Counted from the stretch's first letter, positions 28,381-37,909 are shown. The stretch is DNA of 64,000 nt from an uncultured Solirubrobacterales bacterium (GCA_963785785.1 CAWAWI010000006.1:76204-140203); one strand, 5' to 3'. Program-made: numbers and translations. Notes: generated from the letters alone by a model not told the origin.

Positions 28381-28449
28381 CCCGCCGGCCGCCTCGGGGG
28401 CGTATATTGGATCGCAGACCTGCAAGCTCTTCCAGAGGCGGTGGCCCAG

Positions 28450-28929
28450 ATGGCGGCGAAGGATCGTGGTAGTGGATTTCCCAAGTCCGGCGAGGCTGCG
28501 CTGGCCGATCTCCGGTCGGCGGCGCTTCGCAACCGGTACATAGAGCGGTTGATCGAAGACGAGGAGCTGCGCTCCAGCCTGCTCGCCGCCTATGGCGCGG
28601 CCCGCAGCGCGTACGGACGCATGAACAACGGCAAGCCCGCGAGCAAGGCCATTTTCGAGGACCGCAAGCTCCAGAACGACCTGCGTAAGGCCGCCGATGC
28701 GCTCCGGGACGCGGCGGGCACGCTCCGTGAGCCCCCGCCCAAGCGCCGTCGTCGCCGGCCCGGCCGAGCTCTGCTGCTGCTCGTCGTCGCCGGCGTCCTC
28801 GCCCTCGTGTTGAGCGAAGGCCTGCGCGGCAAGGTCCTCGACATGCTGTTCGGCGCCGAGGACGAGTTCGAGTACACCTCCACCACCGCCCCGTCCGAGC
28901 CGGCCCCCGCGCCGGCGCCCGCGTCCTGA
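28450..28929 (+). CDS. Hypothetical protein with C-terminal TM segment
   Basis: Helical N-terminus, RRRRR then ALLLLVVAGVLALVL. Confidence 0.65.
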   Translation: MAAKDRGSGFPKSGEAALADLRSAALRNRYIERLIEDEELRSSLLAAYGAARSAYGRMNNGKPASKAIFEDRKLQNDLRKAADALRDAAGTLREPPPKRRRRRPGRALLLLVVAGVLALVLSEGLRGKVLDMLFGAEDEFEYTSTTAPSEPAPAPAPAS

Positions 28930-28954
28930 GCCTCAAGCCGGCTCGAGGAGCGTG

Positions 28955-29572
28955 ATGGCGGCGGCCGTCGAGGGCACGAAGACCCAGAGAACCGCGGACG
29001 GCGAGAAGGCTCGGCGCATCGTTGAGGCGATGCGCCAGAGCGTCGCCCGCCGTGGGACCGCCGCCTCCACCTTCGATCACGTTGCCCGCGAGGCGGGGGT
29101 CTCGCGTGGCCTGCTCCACTACTACTTCGGCACCAAGGAGAAGCTCCTGGTCGAGGCTGTCAGGCGCGACTGCGAGCTGCGCATGGAGCTGCTCGAGCAC
29201 CAGCTCTCCGAAGCCCGCACCGCCGAGGACTTCATCGGCCTGATGGCCCAGAACCTTCAGGAGACCGTTCGCGAGGACCCGGACTTCGTGACCCTCGTGT
29301 TCGAGCTGTTCACCCTCTCCCGCCGCAACGAGGACATCGCCGCCGAGTACGCCGAGCTGATGAGGGGTATGCGCGATCATGTCGCCCAGATGCTCGCCAC
29401 CGCCCAGCGCGAAGGCATCGTCCGCCTGCGCGCCGAGCCCGACGCGGTCGCCGAGATCCTGTTCTCCCTCGGTGATGGGTTCGCCCTGCGGATGCTCGCC
29501 GAGCCCGACCGCGACTTCGCGACGACTGTCCAGGCCGGCATCGTGTGCGCCCGCGCCCTGCTGGCCGATTGA
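28955..29572 (+). CDS. TetR/AcrR family regulator
   Basis: TFDHVAREAGVSRGLLHYYFGTKEKL; GAGGAG RBS. Confidence 0.92.
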   Translation: MAAAVEGTKTQRTADGEKARRIVEAMRQSVARRGTAASTFDHVAREAGVSRGLLHYYFGTKEKLLVEAVRRDCELRMELLEHQLSEARTAEDFIGLMAQNLQETVREDPDFVTLVFELFTLSRRNEDIAAEYAELMRGMRDHVAQMLATAQREGIVRLRAEPDAVAEILFSLGDGFALRMLAEPDRDFATTVQAGIVCARALLAD

Positions 29573-29700
29573 CCGGCGTATCTGTCGAGCAATCGGTCGA
29601 TTGACCGGCGTATCTGTCGAGCAATCGGTCGATTGACCGGCGTATCTGTCGAGCAATCGGTCGATTGACCGGCGTATCTGTCGAGCAATCGGTCGATTGA
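29566..29700. repeat. Perfect 32-bp tandem repeat x4.2
   Basis: Unit CGATTGACCGGCGTATCTGTCGAGCAATCGGT at 29566, 29598, 29630, 29662; no spacers. Confidence 0.97.
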
Positions 29701-29771
29701 GGTCTCCGACCGCGGTTCGCGGGGGCGGCTCGGTCGGATGGCCGCCGGCCAGCCGGTGTCGCTGGCACTCC

Positions 29772-29777
29772 TATAAT
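29772..29777 (+). promoter_or_regulatory. Consensus -10 box TATAAT
   Basis: 10 nt upstream of ATG 29788. Confidence 0.6.
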
Positions 29778-29787
29778 CGGTCTGCCA

Positions 29788-30192
29788 ATGCCGATCTACG
29801 AGTACAGACGTCCGGACGGGACCACCTTCGAGCTCGTCCAGTCCTTCAGCGACGATCCACTCACTCGGGATCCCGACACTGGAGTGCCGGTCGAGCGCGT
29901 TCTGCACCCTCCGGCGGTCCACTTCAAGGGCAAAGGCTTCTACAACACCGACTACGGTACCCGCAAGCGCCAGCGCGAGAACGCGGCGGCCGCGTCGGAC
30001 GGCTCCTCGGAGTCCCCGACGGGGAAGGAGTCCTCCGCCGAGAAGGGCTCATCCTCGGAGAACGGCTCATCCTCGGAGAAGAGCCCTTCCGGGGAGAAGG
30101 GATCGTCCGCGGACGGCTCGCCAAAGGGCAAGACGCCCTCGAAGGACGCGCCCAAGGGCAAGAACGCCAAGCCTGTGCCGGCCGGCGGCTGA
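29788..30192 (+). CDS. FmdB-family (CxxC_CxxC_SSSS-like) regulatory protein lacking cysteines
   Basis: MPIYEY, FELVQSFSDDPLT, VHFKGKGFYNTDY, Ser/Lys-rich tail. Confidence 0.8.
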   Translation: MPIYEYRRPDGTTFELVQSFSDDPLTRDPDTGVPVERVLHPPAVHFKGKGFYNTDYGTRKRQRENAAAASDGSSESPTGKESSAEKGSSSENGSSSEKSPSGEKGSSADGSPKGKTPSKDAPKGKNAKPVPAGG

Positions 30193-30196
30193 GCGC

Positions 30197-31282
30197 TCAG
30201 CCCGCCATGAACTGGGCGACGGCCGCCCGCCGCTCGCCTTCGGAGACCGTGAGGCCCTGTTCGCCGTCGGGCAACGTCAGGGTGCCGGAGGGCTCGAGCA
30301 CTCGTGTGGGCGGCGTGCCAGAGACCGCCAACGAGCCGAACAGGCTGAGCAGGGTGGGGCCGCTCATGTCCGAGATGATCGCCGGGGGCGCGTTCCAGGC
30401 GATCAGCGGTAAGCGCAGGAAGCTCGACGGGGACAGCAGGGCGCTCTTCATGTCCGTGAACAGCGCCTGCTGGTGTTCCTCTCGCTGGATGTCCGTCTCG
30501 TTGGGCTCGCACAGGTTCTCGCGAGTGCGTGCCAGCGCGAGCGCCTGCGTGCCGTCCAGGTGGTGGGTGCCACGGCTCAGACGCAGGGTGTAGCCGCCGT
30601 TGCTGAAGCCCCCGTCCAACCGCGAGACGATGCAGCCCCCTGTGTAGGTGACGCCCCCCATCGCGTCGATCAGCGCGGGGAAGTTTTCGAAGTTCACTTC
30701 CACCAGGTGGTTGATCGGGGCGCCGAGCCAGTGTCTGATCACCTGGATCGACAGGGCCGGCCCCCCGAAGGCGTAGGCGGCGTTGATCTTCTGCAGGCCG
30801 TGCCCGGGGATTTCGACGATCGTGTCCCGCGGGATCGACAGTCTCGCGGAGTGCCCGCCACCGACCCGCAGCAGCATGATCGTGTCCGAGCGGCTGGGCC
30901 CAGAGATGTTCGCGTCCGGTTCCTTGCTGTCCTTCTGGCGCCGGTCGGAGCCCAGTACGAGGATGTTGTTGGCCGACGTCAACGGATTGCCCGCCGATTC
31001 CAGCACCCCCGCGACGTCCGAAGGCGGTGGCGTGCGCCGCAGGTGTGAGCTGATCAGGAACAGCATGAGCGAGAGCACGAGCCAGCCGACGATCAGGCCG
31101 AGCACGCCGAGCAGCACTCGCTTGGGGGTAATCCCCGCACGCCACCCTCCCGCTCCACCCGACCAGCGCGCGGGCCTGTCGCCGGGGATCGCACCGAGGC
31201 CCTCCCGCTCGGCGTGAGGGCGCAGGCTGCGCCCGGCGCGGTAGCGGGTGTACGGGGGCTGTCGGTCTGAGTCGGTGGCCAT
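30197..31282 (-). CDS. LCP (LytR-CpsA-Psr) family protein
   Basis: One TM; ILVLGSD, RSDTIML, SIPRDT, KINAAY, LDGTQALALARTR, D.QR. Confidence 0.92.
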   Translation of the reverse strand: MATDSDRQPPYTRYRAGRSLRPHAEREGLGAIPGDRPARWSGGAGGWRAGITPKRVLLGVLGLIVGWLVLSLMLFLISSHLRRTPPPSDVAGVLESAGNPLTSANNILVLGSDRRQKDSKEPDANISGPSRSDTIMLLRVGGGHSARLSIPRDTIVEIPGHGLQKINAAYAFGGPALSIQVIRHWLGAPINHLVEVNFENFPALIDAMGGVTYTGGCIVSRLDGGFSNGGYTLRLSRGTHHLDGTQALALARTRENLCEPNETDIQREEHQQALFTDMKSALLSPSSFLRLPLIAWNAPPAIISDMSGPTLLSLFGSLAVSGTPPTRVLEPSGTLTLPDGEQGLTVSEGERRAAVAQFMAG

Positions 31283-31379
31283 GAGGTCTTCAGCTGGCGC
31301 CGTATCGCCTGGGATGTTTCGGTGTGGGCCGGCGATCGGCGTGGGACGGCGATGGGTGGACGGAACCTATATTTGCGAG

Positions 31380-32294
31380 ATGAACGCCGAGAACCCTCCG
31401 GTTCAGCCTCCGGCGCACGGCCGCTTGCTCCTGTGCGCCACCCCGATCGGCAACCTCGACGACGTCACGCTGCGGGTGCTCGACGCCCTGCGCGAGGCCG
31501 ATGTGCTCGCCTGCGAGGACACCCGCCACACCCAGATCCTGCTCGCCCGCCACGGTATCTCCGCGGCCAAGCTCACGAGCTTTCACGAGCACAACGAACG
31601 CGCCCAGTCCCAGAGGCTCGCCGAGCGAATCCGCGCAGGCGCGACCGTCGCGCTCCTCAGCGACGCCGGCACCCCGCTGATCTCCGATCCGGGCTTCGCC
31701 CTCGTGCGGGCCTGCCTTCGAGAGGGCCTGCCGGTGCAGGTGCTCCCGGGACCGACCGCCGCCGTCGCCGGGCTGCTCGCGTCGGGACTCCCGGCCGACC
31801 GCTGGCTGTTCGTGGGGTTCCTGCCCCGCAAGCCCAAAGAGCTGCGCCGGCTGCTCGAGCAAGCGAGTGAGACGATCGTCGCCTTCGAGTCCCCCCGCCG
31901 CCTGGCCCGGGTGCTGGCGCTGCTGGCCGAGTGCCACCCCGAACGGCCGGTCGCCGTCTGTCGCGAGCTCACCAAGCTCCACGAGGAGATCCGTCGCGGA
32001 ACCGCATCGGAGCTTGCCGCCCACTACGAGGCGAAGGCCCCTCGCGGCGAGATCGTCCTCGTGGTGGGTCCCCCGGCGTCGGACCCCACCCGTCCGGGCG
32101 GGCGCCCGGAGCGCCATCCGCAGGCCCACGAGGCTCTGAACAGGCTCGTCCAGGCGGGCGCCAAGCCCAGGCTGGCCGCCGCCGTGGTGGCGGAGCTGAC
32201 CGGCGTGCCGGCCAACGAGCTCTACCGCGAGCTGGTGGCCGCCGATCGCGGGGGGGTGGCCGCCGATCGCGGACCGGCGGGCTCCGAACAGTAG
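31380..32294 (+). CDS. rsmI: 16S rRNA (cytidine1402-2'-O)-methyltransferase
   Basis: ATPIGNLDD, CEDTR, SDAGTPLISDPG, FESPRR, RELTKLHEE; -10 TATATT 6 nt upstream. Confidence 0.95.
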   Translation: MNAENPPVQPPAHGRLLLCATPIGNLDDVTLRVLDALREADVLACEDTRHTQILLARHGISAAKLTSFHEHNERAQSQRLAERIRAGATVALLSDAGTPLISDPGFALVRACLREGLPVQVLPGPTAAVAGLLASGLPADRWLFVGFLPRKPKELRRLLEQASETIVAFESPRRLARVLALLAECHPERPVAVCRELTKLHEEIRRGTASELAAHYEAKAPRGEIVLVVGPPASDPTRPGGRPERHPQAHEALNRLVQAGAKPRLAAAVVAELTGVPANELYRELVAADRGGVAADRGPAGSEQ

Positions 32295-32306
32295 CCTGGG
32301 GCGCAC

Positions 32307-33821
32307 GTGTCCTTCTACGTGACCACCCCCATCTACTACGTCAACGCGGCCCCCCATCTCGGGCATGCTTACACGACGATCGCCGCTGACGTGCTCGCCC
32401 GTCATCACCGTCAGCGAGGCGAAGACGTGTTCTTCCTGACGGGCACCGACGAGCACGGGGAGCCCGTCGCGGACGCCGCCCACGCGCTCGGGATCGAGCC
32501 CCAGGCGCTCGCCGACCGCAACGCCGAGCGCTTCAAGGCCCTCGCCCCTCTGCTCGGGGCGTCCAACGACTTCTTCATCCGCACCACCGACCCCCAGCAC
32601 ATGGAGAAGGTCCAGAAGGTCCTCTCGCGGGTGCGCGAGAACGGGTTCGTCTATGAGGGCACCTACGAAGGCTGGTACTGCCCACGCTGTGCGGACTTCA
32701 AGGCCGAGAACGAGATCGACGAAGGCAACCGCTGTCCGATCCACCACATCGAGCTGACACGCGAGCAGGAGGAGAACTACTTCTTCAAGCTCTCCTCCTT
32801 CCAGGGGCCCCTGGAACGCCTGTATGCCGAGCGCGAGGGGTTCGTCGCGCCCCGCACCCGCCGCAACGAGGCGCTGTCGTTCATCCGCTCGGGCTTGCGC
32901 GACGTGCCCCTGACCCGGCACAAGCTGAGCTGGGGGGTGCCCGTGCCGTGGGACCCCGAGCACGTGTTCTACGTGTGGTTCGACGCCCTTCTGAACTACT
33001 ACTCCGCTCTCTCCTACGCCCGCTCCGGCGTGGACCTGACGGGAACGTTCTGGCCCGCGAGCTGCCACGTGATCGCCAAGGACATCCTGCGCTTCCACAC
33101 CGTCTACTGGCCCGCCCTGCTGATGGCCGCCGGGCTCGAGCTCCCCGAGCGCGTGTTCGTCCACGGCTACCTCCTGATGGAAGGCGAGAAGATGTCCAAG
33201 TCCCTGGGCAACGTCCTCGACCCGTTCGCGGTGATCGAGCGCTTCGGCGCCGACCCGCTGCGCTTCTACCTGCTTCGCGACGTCCCCTTCGGCCAGGACG
33301 GCTCGGTCTCCACGGCGTCCTTCGAGCAGCGCTACGAGAGCGAGCTCGCCAACGATCTCGGCAACCTCGCCAGCCGCACCCTCGCGATGGTCGCCCGCTA
33401 CCGCGACGGCCTCGTCCCCGCCGGCGACCCCGACCCCGGGCTCGCCCCGGACTTCTCAGGCCTTGCCGAGCGCGTGTCCGAGCTCATCGACGACACCGAG
33501 CTGACCCTCGCCCTGGATGAGATCTGGCAGCGAGTACGCCGCCTGAACCGCTACGTCGAGGAGCAGGCCCCGTGGCGCCTCGCCAAGGACCCCGACTGCG
33601 CCGGCGAGCTCGACCTGGTTCTGCGCACCCTCGTCGAGGGCCTGCGCGTGGTGTCGGTCCTGCTGTGGCCGTACATGCCCGCGAGCACCGACACCCTGCT
33701 TCAGGCTCTGGACGCTCCCGACGTCGCTCTTCACGGCGCCCGCCTTGGCGCCGGCGCCGTGGGTCGCGTGCGTACGCTCCCGCCCATGTTTCCCAAGAGC
33801 GCCGGGTCCGAGCCCGCGTGA
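32307..33821 (+). CDS. metG: Methionine--tRNA ligase (short form)
   Basis: TTPIYYVN, HLGH, GTDEHG, YVWFDAL, KMSKS. Confidence 0.97.
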   Translation: MSFYVTTPIYYVNAAPHLGHAYTTIAADVLARHHRQRGEDVFFLTGTDEHGEPVADAAHALGIEPQALADRNAERFKALAPLLGASNDFFIRTTDPQHMEKVQKVLSRVRENGFVYEGTYEGWYCPRCADFKAENEIDEGNRCPIHHIELTREQEENYFFKLSSFQGPLERLYAEREGFVAPRTRRNEALSFIRSGLRDVPLTRHKLSWGVPVPWDPEHVFYVWFDALLNYYSALSYARSGVDLTGTFWPASCHVIAKDILRFHTVYWPALLMAAGLELPERVFVHGYLLMEGEKMSKSLGNVLDPFAVIERFGADPLRFYLLRDVPFGQDGSVSTASFEQRYESELANDLGNLASRTLAMVARYRDGLVPAGDPDPGLAPDFSGLAERVSELIDDTELTLALDEIWQRVRRLNRYVEEQAPWRLAKDPDCAGELDLVLRTLVEGLRVVSVLLWPYMPASTDTLLQALDAPDVALHGARLGAGAVGRVRTLPPMFPKSAGSEPA

Positions 33822-33837
33822 GCGACAGCGACCCCGC

Positions 33838-34590
33838 GTGATCGACAGCCACACCCATCTCGACCTGTGCCAGCCTCCCGACTGCGAGCTGGTGGCGGCC
33901 GCCGAGGCCGCGGGCGTGACACGGATGCTCACCGTCGGCATCGACGCCGAGTCCTGCCGGAGGGCCCTCGACGCGGCCGAGCGCTTCCCGGAGGTCTACG
34001 CGGCCGTCGGCCGCCATCCGAACACATCCACGGGCTTCGACGAGGACGATCTGGCCGAGCTCCGCGCCCTCGCCTCACACGAGCGCTGCCTGGCGATCGG
34101 CGAGACCGGCCTTGACTTCTACCGCGACGGAGCCTCCCGAGACGACCAGCGACGGGCATTCGCCGCGCAGATCGCCCTCGCCCGCGAGACCCACAAGCCC
34201 CTCGTGATCCACTCCCGCGCCGCCGAGGAGGAGACCCTCGCCCAACTCGCCGACGAAGCTCTGGGGGTGACCGTCGTGATGCACTGCTTCTCGATGCCCG
34301 ACCGCCTGGAGGAGTGCCTGGATCGCGGCTTCCTCCTGTCGTTTGCCGGGAACGTCACCTACAAGAACGCCCCCGACCTCGCTGCCGCCGCCCGCGCGAC
34401 ACCCGACGAGCGCCTGCTCGTCGAGACCGACGCCCCGTACCTCACCCCCCAGGTCGTCCGCAAGCACCGCAACCAGCCCGCGTTCGTCGCCCACACCGCC
34501 GAGTTTCTCGCCGGCCTGCGCGGCGTGAGCGTCGCCGAGCTCGACACGATCCTCGAGCGAAACGCCGCCCGCGTGCTCGGCTGGCGATGA
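33838..34590 (+). CDS. tatD: TatD family hydrolase
   Basis: IDSHTHL, GRHP, IGETGLD, IHSR, HCFS, ETDAPYL. Confidence 0.93.
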   Translation: MIDSHTHLDLCQPPDCELVAAAEAAGVTRMLTVGIDAESCRRALDAAERFPEVYAAVGRHPNTSTGFDEDDLAELRALASHERCLAIGETGLDFYRDGASRDDQRRAFAAQIALARETHKPLVIHSRAAEEETLAQLADEALGVTVVMHCFSMPDRLEECLDRGFLLSFAGNVTYKNAPDLAAAARATPDERLLVETDAPYLTPQVVRKHRNQPAFVAHTAEFLAGLRGVSVAELDTILERNAARVLGWR

Positions 34591-35456
34591 GCCCGACCGT
34601 GGACGCCCCCACCCAGCCCAGCCTGCGGCGGATGCGCCGCTTCGGGATTCGCCCCGACCGCGAGCTCGGCCAGTGCTTCCTGATCGACTCGAACATCCTC
34701 TCCGTGATCGCCCGCGCGGCCGAGCTGTCCGAGGCCGACGTGGTCCTGGAGATCGGCGGCGGCTTGGGCGTCCTGTCCGAGCACCTGGCCGATCGCGTCG
34801 ATCGCGTGCACGTGATCGAGGTGGACACCCGTCTGCGCGAGGCCCTCCTCGACGCCACCGCCGGCCACGCGAACGTGACCGTCCATTGGGGCGATGCGAT
34901 GCGAATCGACCTGGCCGCCCTGGGGCCCTCGCCGGACAAGCTGGTCGCGAACCTGCCCTACGGGATCGCCGCTGGGGTCCTGCTGCGCACCGTCGAGGAG
35001 CTGCCCAGCCTGCACACCTGGGTGGCAATGGTCCAGCGCGAGGTGGGCGTCCGCCTCGCGGCGGCCCCCGGCGGCGGCGAGTACGGCGCGAGCTCGGTGA
35101 TCGCCCAGCTCGCCTGCGAGGTCAGGGTCCTGCGCCCGATCCCCCGCACCGTCTTTCATCCCGAACCGAACGTCGACTCGGTGCTCCTCGGAATGCGCCG
35201 CCGGGACTCCGCCCCTGCGCCTGGGCTGCGCGCGCTGGTGGCCGGCGCGTTCGCCCACCGCCGCAAGACTCTCGCGGGCTCCCTCGTGCTGTCCGAGCGC
35301 GACTCGGCACGCGCGCGCCAAGGCAGCCCGGGCTCGGGCTTGACGAGGGATCGGATCCGGGCGGCCCTGGCCGAGCTGGGCCTCCCCGAGAACGCTCGCG
35401 CGGAGACGCTCTCGCCGGAGGACTTCCGCGAGTTGTGCCGCCTGCTCGCCGGATGA
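34587..35456 (+). CDS. rsmA: 16S rRNA adenine dimethyltransferase
   Basis: LGQCFLID, VLEIGGGLG, VANLPY, MVQREV, P.PNVDS, RRKTL, RAETLS. Confidence 0.95.
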   Translation: MSPTVDAPTQPSLRRMRRFGIRPDRELGQCFLIDSNILSVIARAAELSEADVVLEIGGGLGVLSEHLADRVDRVHVIEVDTRLREALLDATAGHANVTVHWGDAMRIDLAALGPSPDKLVANLPYGIAAGVLLRTVEELPSLHTWVAMVQREVGVRLAAAPGGGEYGASSVIAQLACEVRVLRPIPRTVFHPEPNVDSVLLGMRRRDSAPAPGLRALVAGAFAHRRKTLAGSLVLSERDSARARQGSPGSGLTRDRIRAALAELGLPENARAETLSPEDFRELCRLLAG

Positions 35457-35461
35457 CCTTC

Positions 35462-35511
35462 GGGGCCGACATATGACAGGGGCCGACATATGACAGGGGC
35501 CGACATATGAC
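35462..35511. repeat. 17-bp tandem repeat x3 (GGGGCCGACATATGACA) encoding overlapped mini-ORFs
   Basis: Units at 35462, 35479, 35496; ATGACCTTC duplicated at 35453 and 35507. Confidence 0.95.
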
Positions 35512-36475
35512 CTTCCCAATTGGGGGGCCCGCGCGTACGCGCGCGCGGGCGCGGGCCCCCGCAAAGATAAACCTCGGACTGTTCCTCGGGCCGGTCCGCC
35601 CGCAGGACGGCAGGCACGAGCTGGCGACCGTCTTTCAGGCGATCTCGCTCGCCGACGAGGTGACCCTCGAGGACGCCCCAGTCGGGTCCGGCGAGGACGA
35701 GGTGATCTGCCCGGAGGTGACGATCGCCGGCTCCGAGAACCTCGCGGCGGCCGCGTTGAGCCTGTTCCGCGAGGCGACCGGCTGGGACCACAGGCCGGTG
35801 TGTGTGAGGATCGTCAAGCGGATCCCCGTCGCCGCGGGCCTCGGGGGAGGCTCGGCGGACGCGGCCGCGACGCTGTGCCTTGTAAGGCAGGTGTCCGGCC
35901 TGGGCTCCGATGAGCTGCTCATGGAGCTTGCCACCCGCCTGGGCGCCGACGTGCCAGCCCAGCTCGTCCCCGGGCGCTGGATGGCCACGGGCGCGGGCGA
36001 GCGCCTGCGGGAGCTCCCGCCGCCGAGCCACCCCTTCGGGGTGCTCGTGCTCCCGGCCGGCGCCGAGCTGTCCACCGGGGCGGTGTACGAGCAGGCGGAT
36101 CGGCTAGGGGTCAGGCGCTCGGCCGCCGCCCTCGCCCACATCTCCGAGGAGCTCGTGGTCGCGTTCGAGCTCGGCGCGGGGGCGCCCGCCAACCGGGAGC
36201 TCCTGCACAACGACCTTCAGGCCGCTGCCGTCTGCCTTTGCCCGGAGATCGAGGACGCTCTGGAAAACGCCCTGCAGGCCGGCGCGGACGTGGCGTTCGT
36301 GAGCGGCTCTGGTCCCACCGTGGTGGGGCTGTTCCTGAGAGCCAACGGACCGGGTCGCGCCCGTCGGGCCGTCGATGGGCTGGCCGGTCGCGATCCCGAG
36401 CCCCTCTGGGCCGTGTCCGTGGATGGGAGCTCGCGTGCGCTCGACATCCCCGTGCGTCACAATCACGGTCGATGA
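35507..36475 (+). CDS. ispE: 4-diphosphocytidyl-2-C-methyl-D-erythritol kinase
   Basis: APAKINL, HEL.T, KRIPVAAGLGGGSADAA, LGADVP, NDLQ, SGSGPT. Confidence 0.94.
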   Translation: MTFPIGGPARTRARARAPAKINLGLFLGPVRPQDGRHELATVFQAISLADEVTLEDAPVGSGEDEVICPEVTIAGSENLAAAALSLFREATGWDHRPVCVRIVKRIPVAAGLGGGSADAAATLCLVRQVSGLGSDELLMELATRLGADVPAQLVPGRWMATGAGERLRELPPPSHPFGVLVLPAGAELSTGAVYEQADRLGVRRSAAALAHISEELVVAFELGAGAPANRELLHNDLQAAAVCLCPEIEDALENALQAGADVAFVSGSGPTVVGLFLRANGPGRARRAVDGLAGRDPEPLWAVSVDGSSRALDIPVRHNHGR

Positions 36476-36684
36476 GCAGGACAGCCGTCAACGACTTGGT
36501 AGCCGTCTGTGCTGGAGTGTTCGGTCTGGCGTTGTACGCCGGCCTGATCCTGGTGCCCGCGTGGACCAGCTACTCCCGCCTGTGGGAGCGTGTGGCGGCG
36601 GGAGTGCTGTCGCTGTACGTGCTCGCCGTGCTCGTCGGCGTCGGCGTGGCGGGTGCGCTCGCCTTCGTCTACTTCTGGGGCTAG
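36472..36684 (+). CDS. Small two-TM hypothetical protein
   Basis: ATGA overlap with ispE; two hydrophobic segments around PAWTSYSRLWER. Confidence 0.7.
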   Translation: MSRTAVNDLVAVCAGVFGLALYAGLILVPAWTSYSRLWERVAAGVLSLYVLAVLVGVGVAGALAFVYFWG

Positions 36685-36691
36685 CCGAGCC

Positions 36692-37909
36692 ATGTCCGAT
36701 CTCGCGGCGCTGGAAGCCGTCACCGAGGCGGTTGAGTCCGGGGCCGGTCTGCCCGAAGTCGTGAGGGCCGCCGCCAAGGCCCTGGACGCGAGCCTCGCCG
36801 TGTCCGACGCGTGGGGCGCCACCCTGGCGGTCGCCGCCCGCTCGCCGGCCGAGGAGCGGGCGCTGCTCTCCCAGGCCGAGGGCGTGAGGAGCATCCCCCT
36901 GCGGGTCGCCGACGCGGCCGTGGGCACGCTGCACATGCGCGCCCGCAGCGACCCCAGCGCTCAGATGACGAGGTTGCTGGTGACGATGATCGCCTCGGAG
37001 GTCGAGCGCGTGCGCGCTCCCGATCGAGCCTCGGAGTCCGCGGCGGCAGACTTCCTGCGAGCGACCCTGCGGCGGGAGCTCACCGACCGTGAGGAGCTCC
37101 TGAGCGCCGCCCGGGAGCTCTCCCTGGAGCTGGGCGACGGCGCGAGCATGATCGTCGCCCGGGCCCACCCCCAGGCCCCCACCGACGAGGGCTGGCGAGC
37201 CCGGGTGCGGGCGGTCGCCGAGCGGGGCGCCCGCGCGGTCGTCAGCCGCTCGATCGCGGCCCTGTCCGAGCGGGAGGCCGCAGGCGCGGCGGGCGCGGAG
37301 GTGCTGCTGCTGGTTCCCGGGAGCGACGACGCCACCGCCGAGCGGGCCGCGGAGGCGGTGCTCCGCGAGATGGAGGCCGGACTCGCCGGCTACACGTTCG
37401 CGCTCGGGCGCAGTCGCATCGCCGAGGATCCCACCGACCTGCCCCGCGCCGCGAGCGAGGCTCTGCTCGCGGCGAACGTCGCCCAGGGGGACGCCGACGG
37501 GGCCGCCCTGGCCTTCGAGCAGACGGGCGCCTACCGGCTGCTGTTGAGCGCGATGAGCGAGAACCCCTCAGAGCTCCAGCGCTTCTACGAGGAGACCGTC
37601 GAGCCCCTCGTGGCCTACGACGAACAGTACGAGACCGAGCTGGTCCGCACCCTCGCAACCTTCCTCGAGGCCGATGGCAACGTCGCCGGCACCGCCCAGC
37701 GCCTGTTCACCCACCGCCACACGATCTACTACCGCCTGGAGCGAGTCCGTGAGCTCTCCGGCCTGGACGTCAGCTCGAGCGACGGCCGCGAGAAGCTGAG
37801 CCTGGGCCTGAAGTCGATGCGGGTCCTCGGCATCTCCGCCGCCGGCGGCCCCGCGACCGAGGCCGGCGCGGAAGGCGGCCGTGTACCGGGCCGCTCGGGA
37901 CGGGCCTGA
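36692..37909 (+). CDS. PucR/CdaR-family transcriptional regulator
   Basis: C-terminal LVRTLATFLEADGNVAGTAQRLFTHRHTIYYRLERV; YD..Y.TEL. Confidence 0.9.
   Translation: MSDLAALEAVTEAVESGAGLPEVVRAAAKALDASLAVSDAWGATLAVAARSPAEERALLSQAEGVRSIPLRVADAAVGTLHMRARSDPSAQMTRLLVTMIASEVERVRAPDRASESAAADFLRATLRRELTDREELLSAARELSLELGDGASMIVARAHPQAPTDEGWRARVRAVAERGARAVVSRSIAALSEREAAGAAGAEVLLLVPGSDDATAERAAEAVLREMEAGLAGYTFALGRSRIAEDPTDLPRAASEALLAANVAQGDADGAALAFEQTGAYRLLLSAMSENPSELQRFYEETVEPLVAYDEQYETELVRTLATFLEADGNVAGTAQRLFTHRHTIYYRLERVRELSGLDVSSSDGREKLSLGLKSMRVLGISAAGGPATEAGAEGGRVPGRSGRA

Noticed and set aside
29566-29700. CRISPR array (32-bp partly palindromic repeat)
   Set aside because: The units abut directly with no spacers, and there are no cas genes in the window.
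32295-32306. T-box or SAM riboswitch before metG
   Set aside because: The intergenic gap is only 12 nt.
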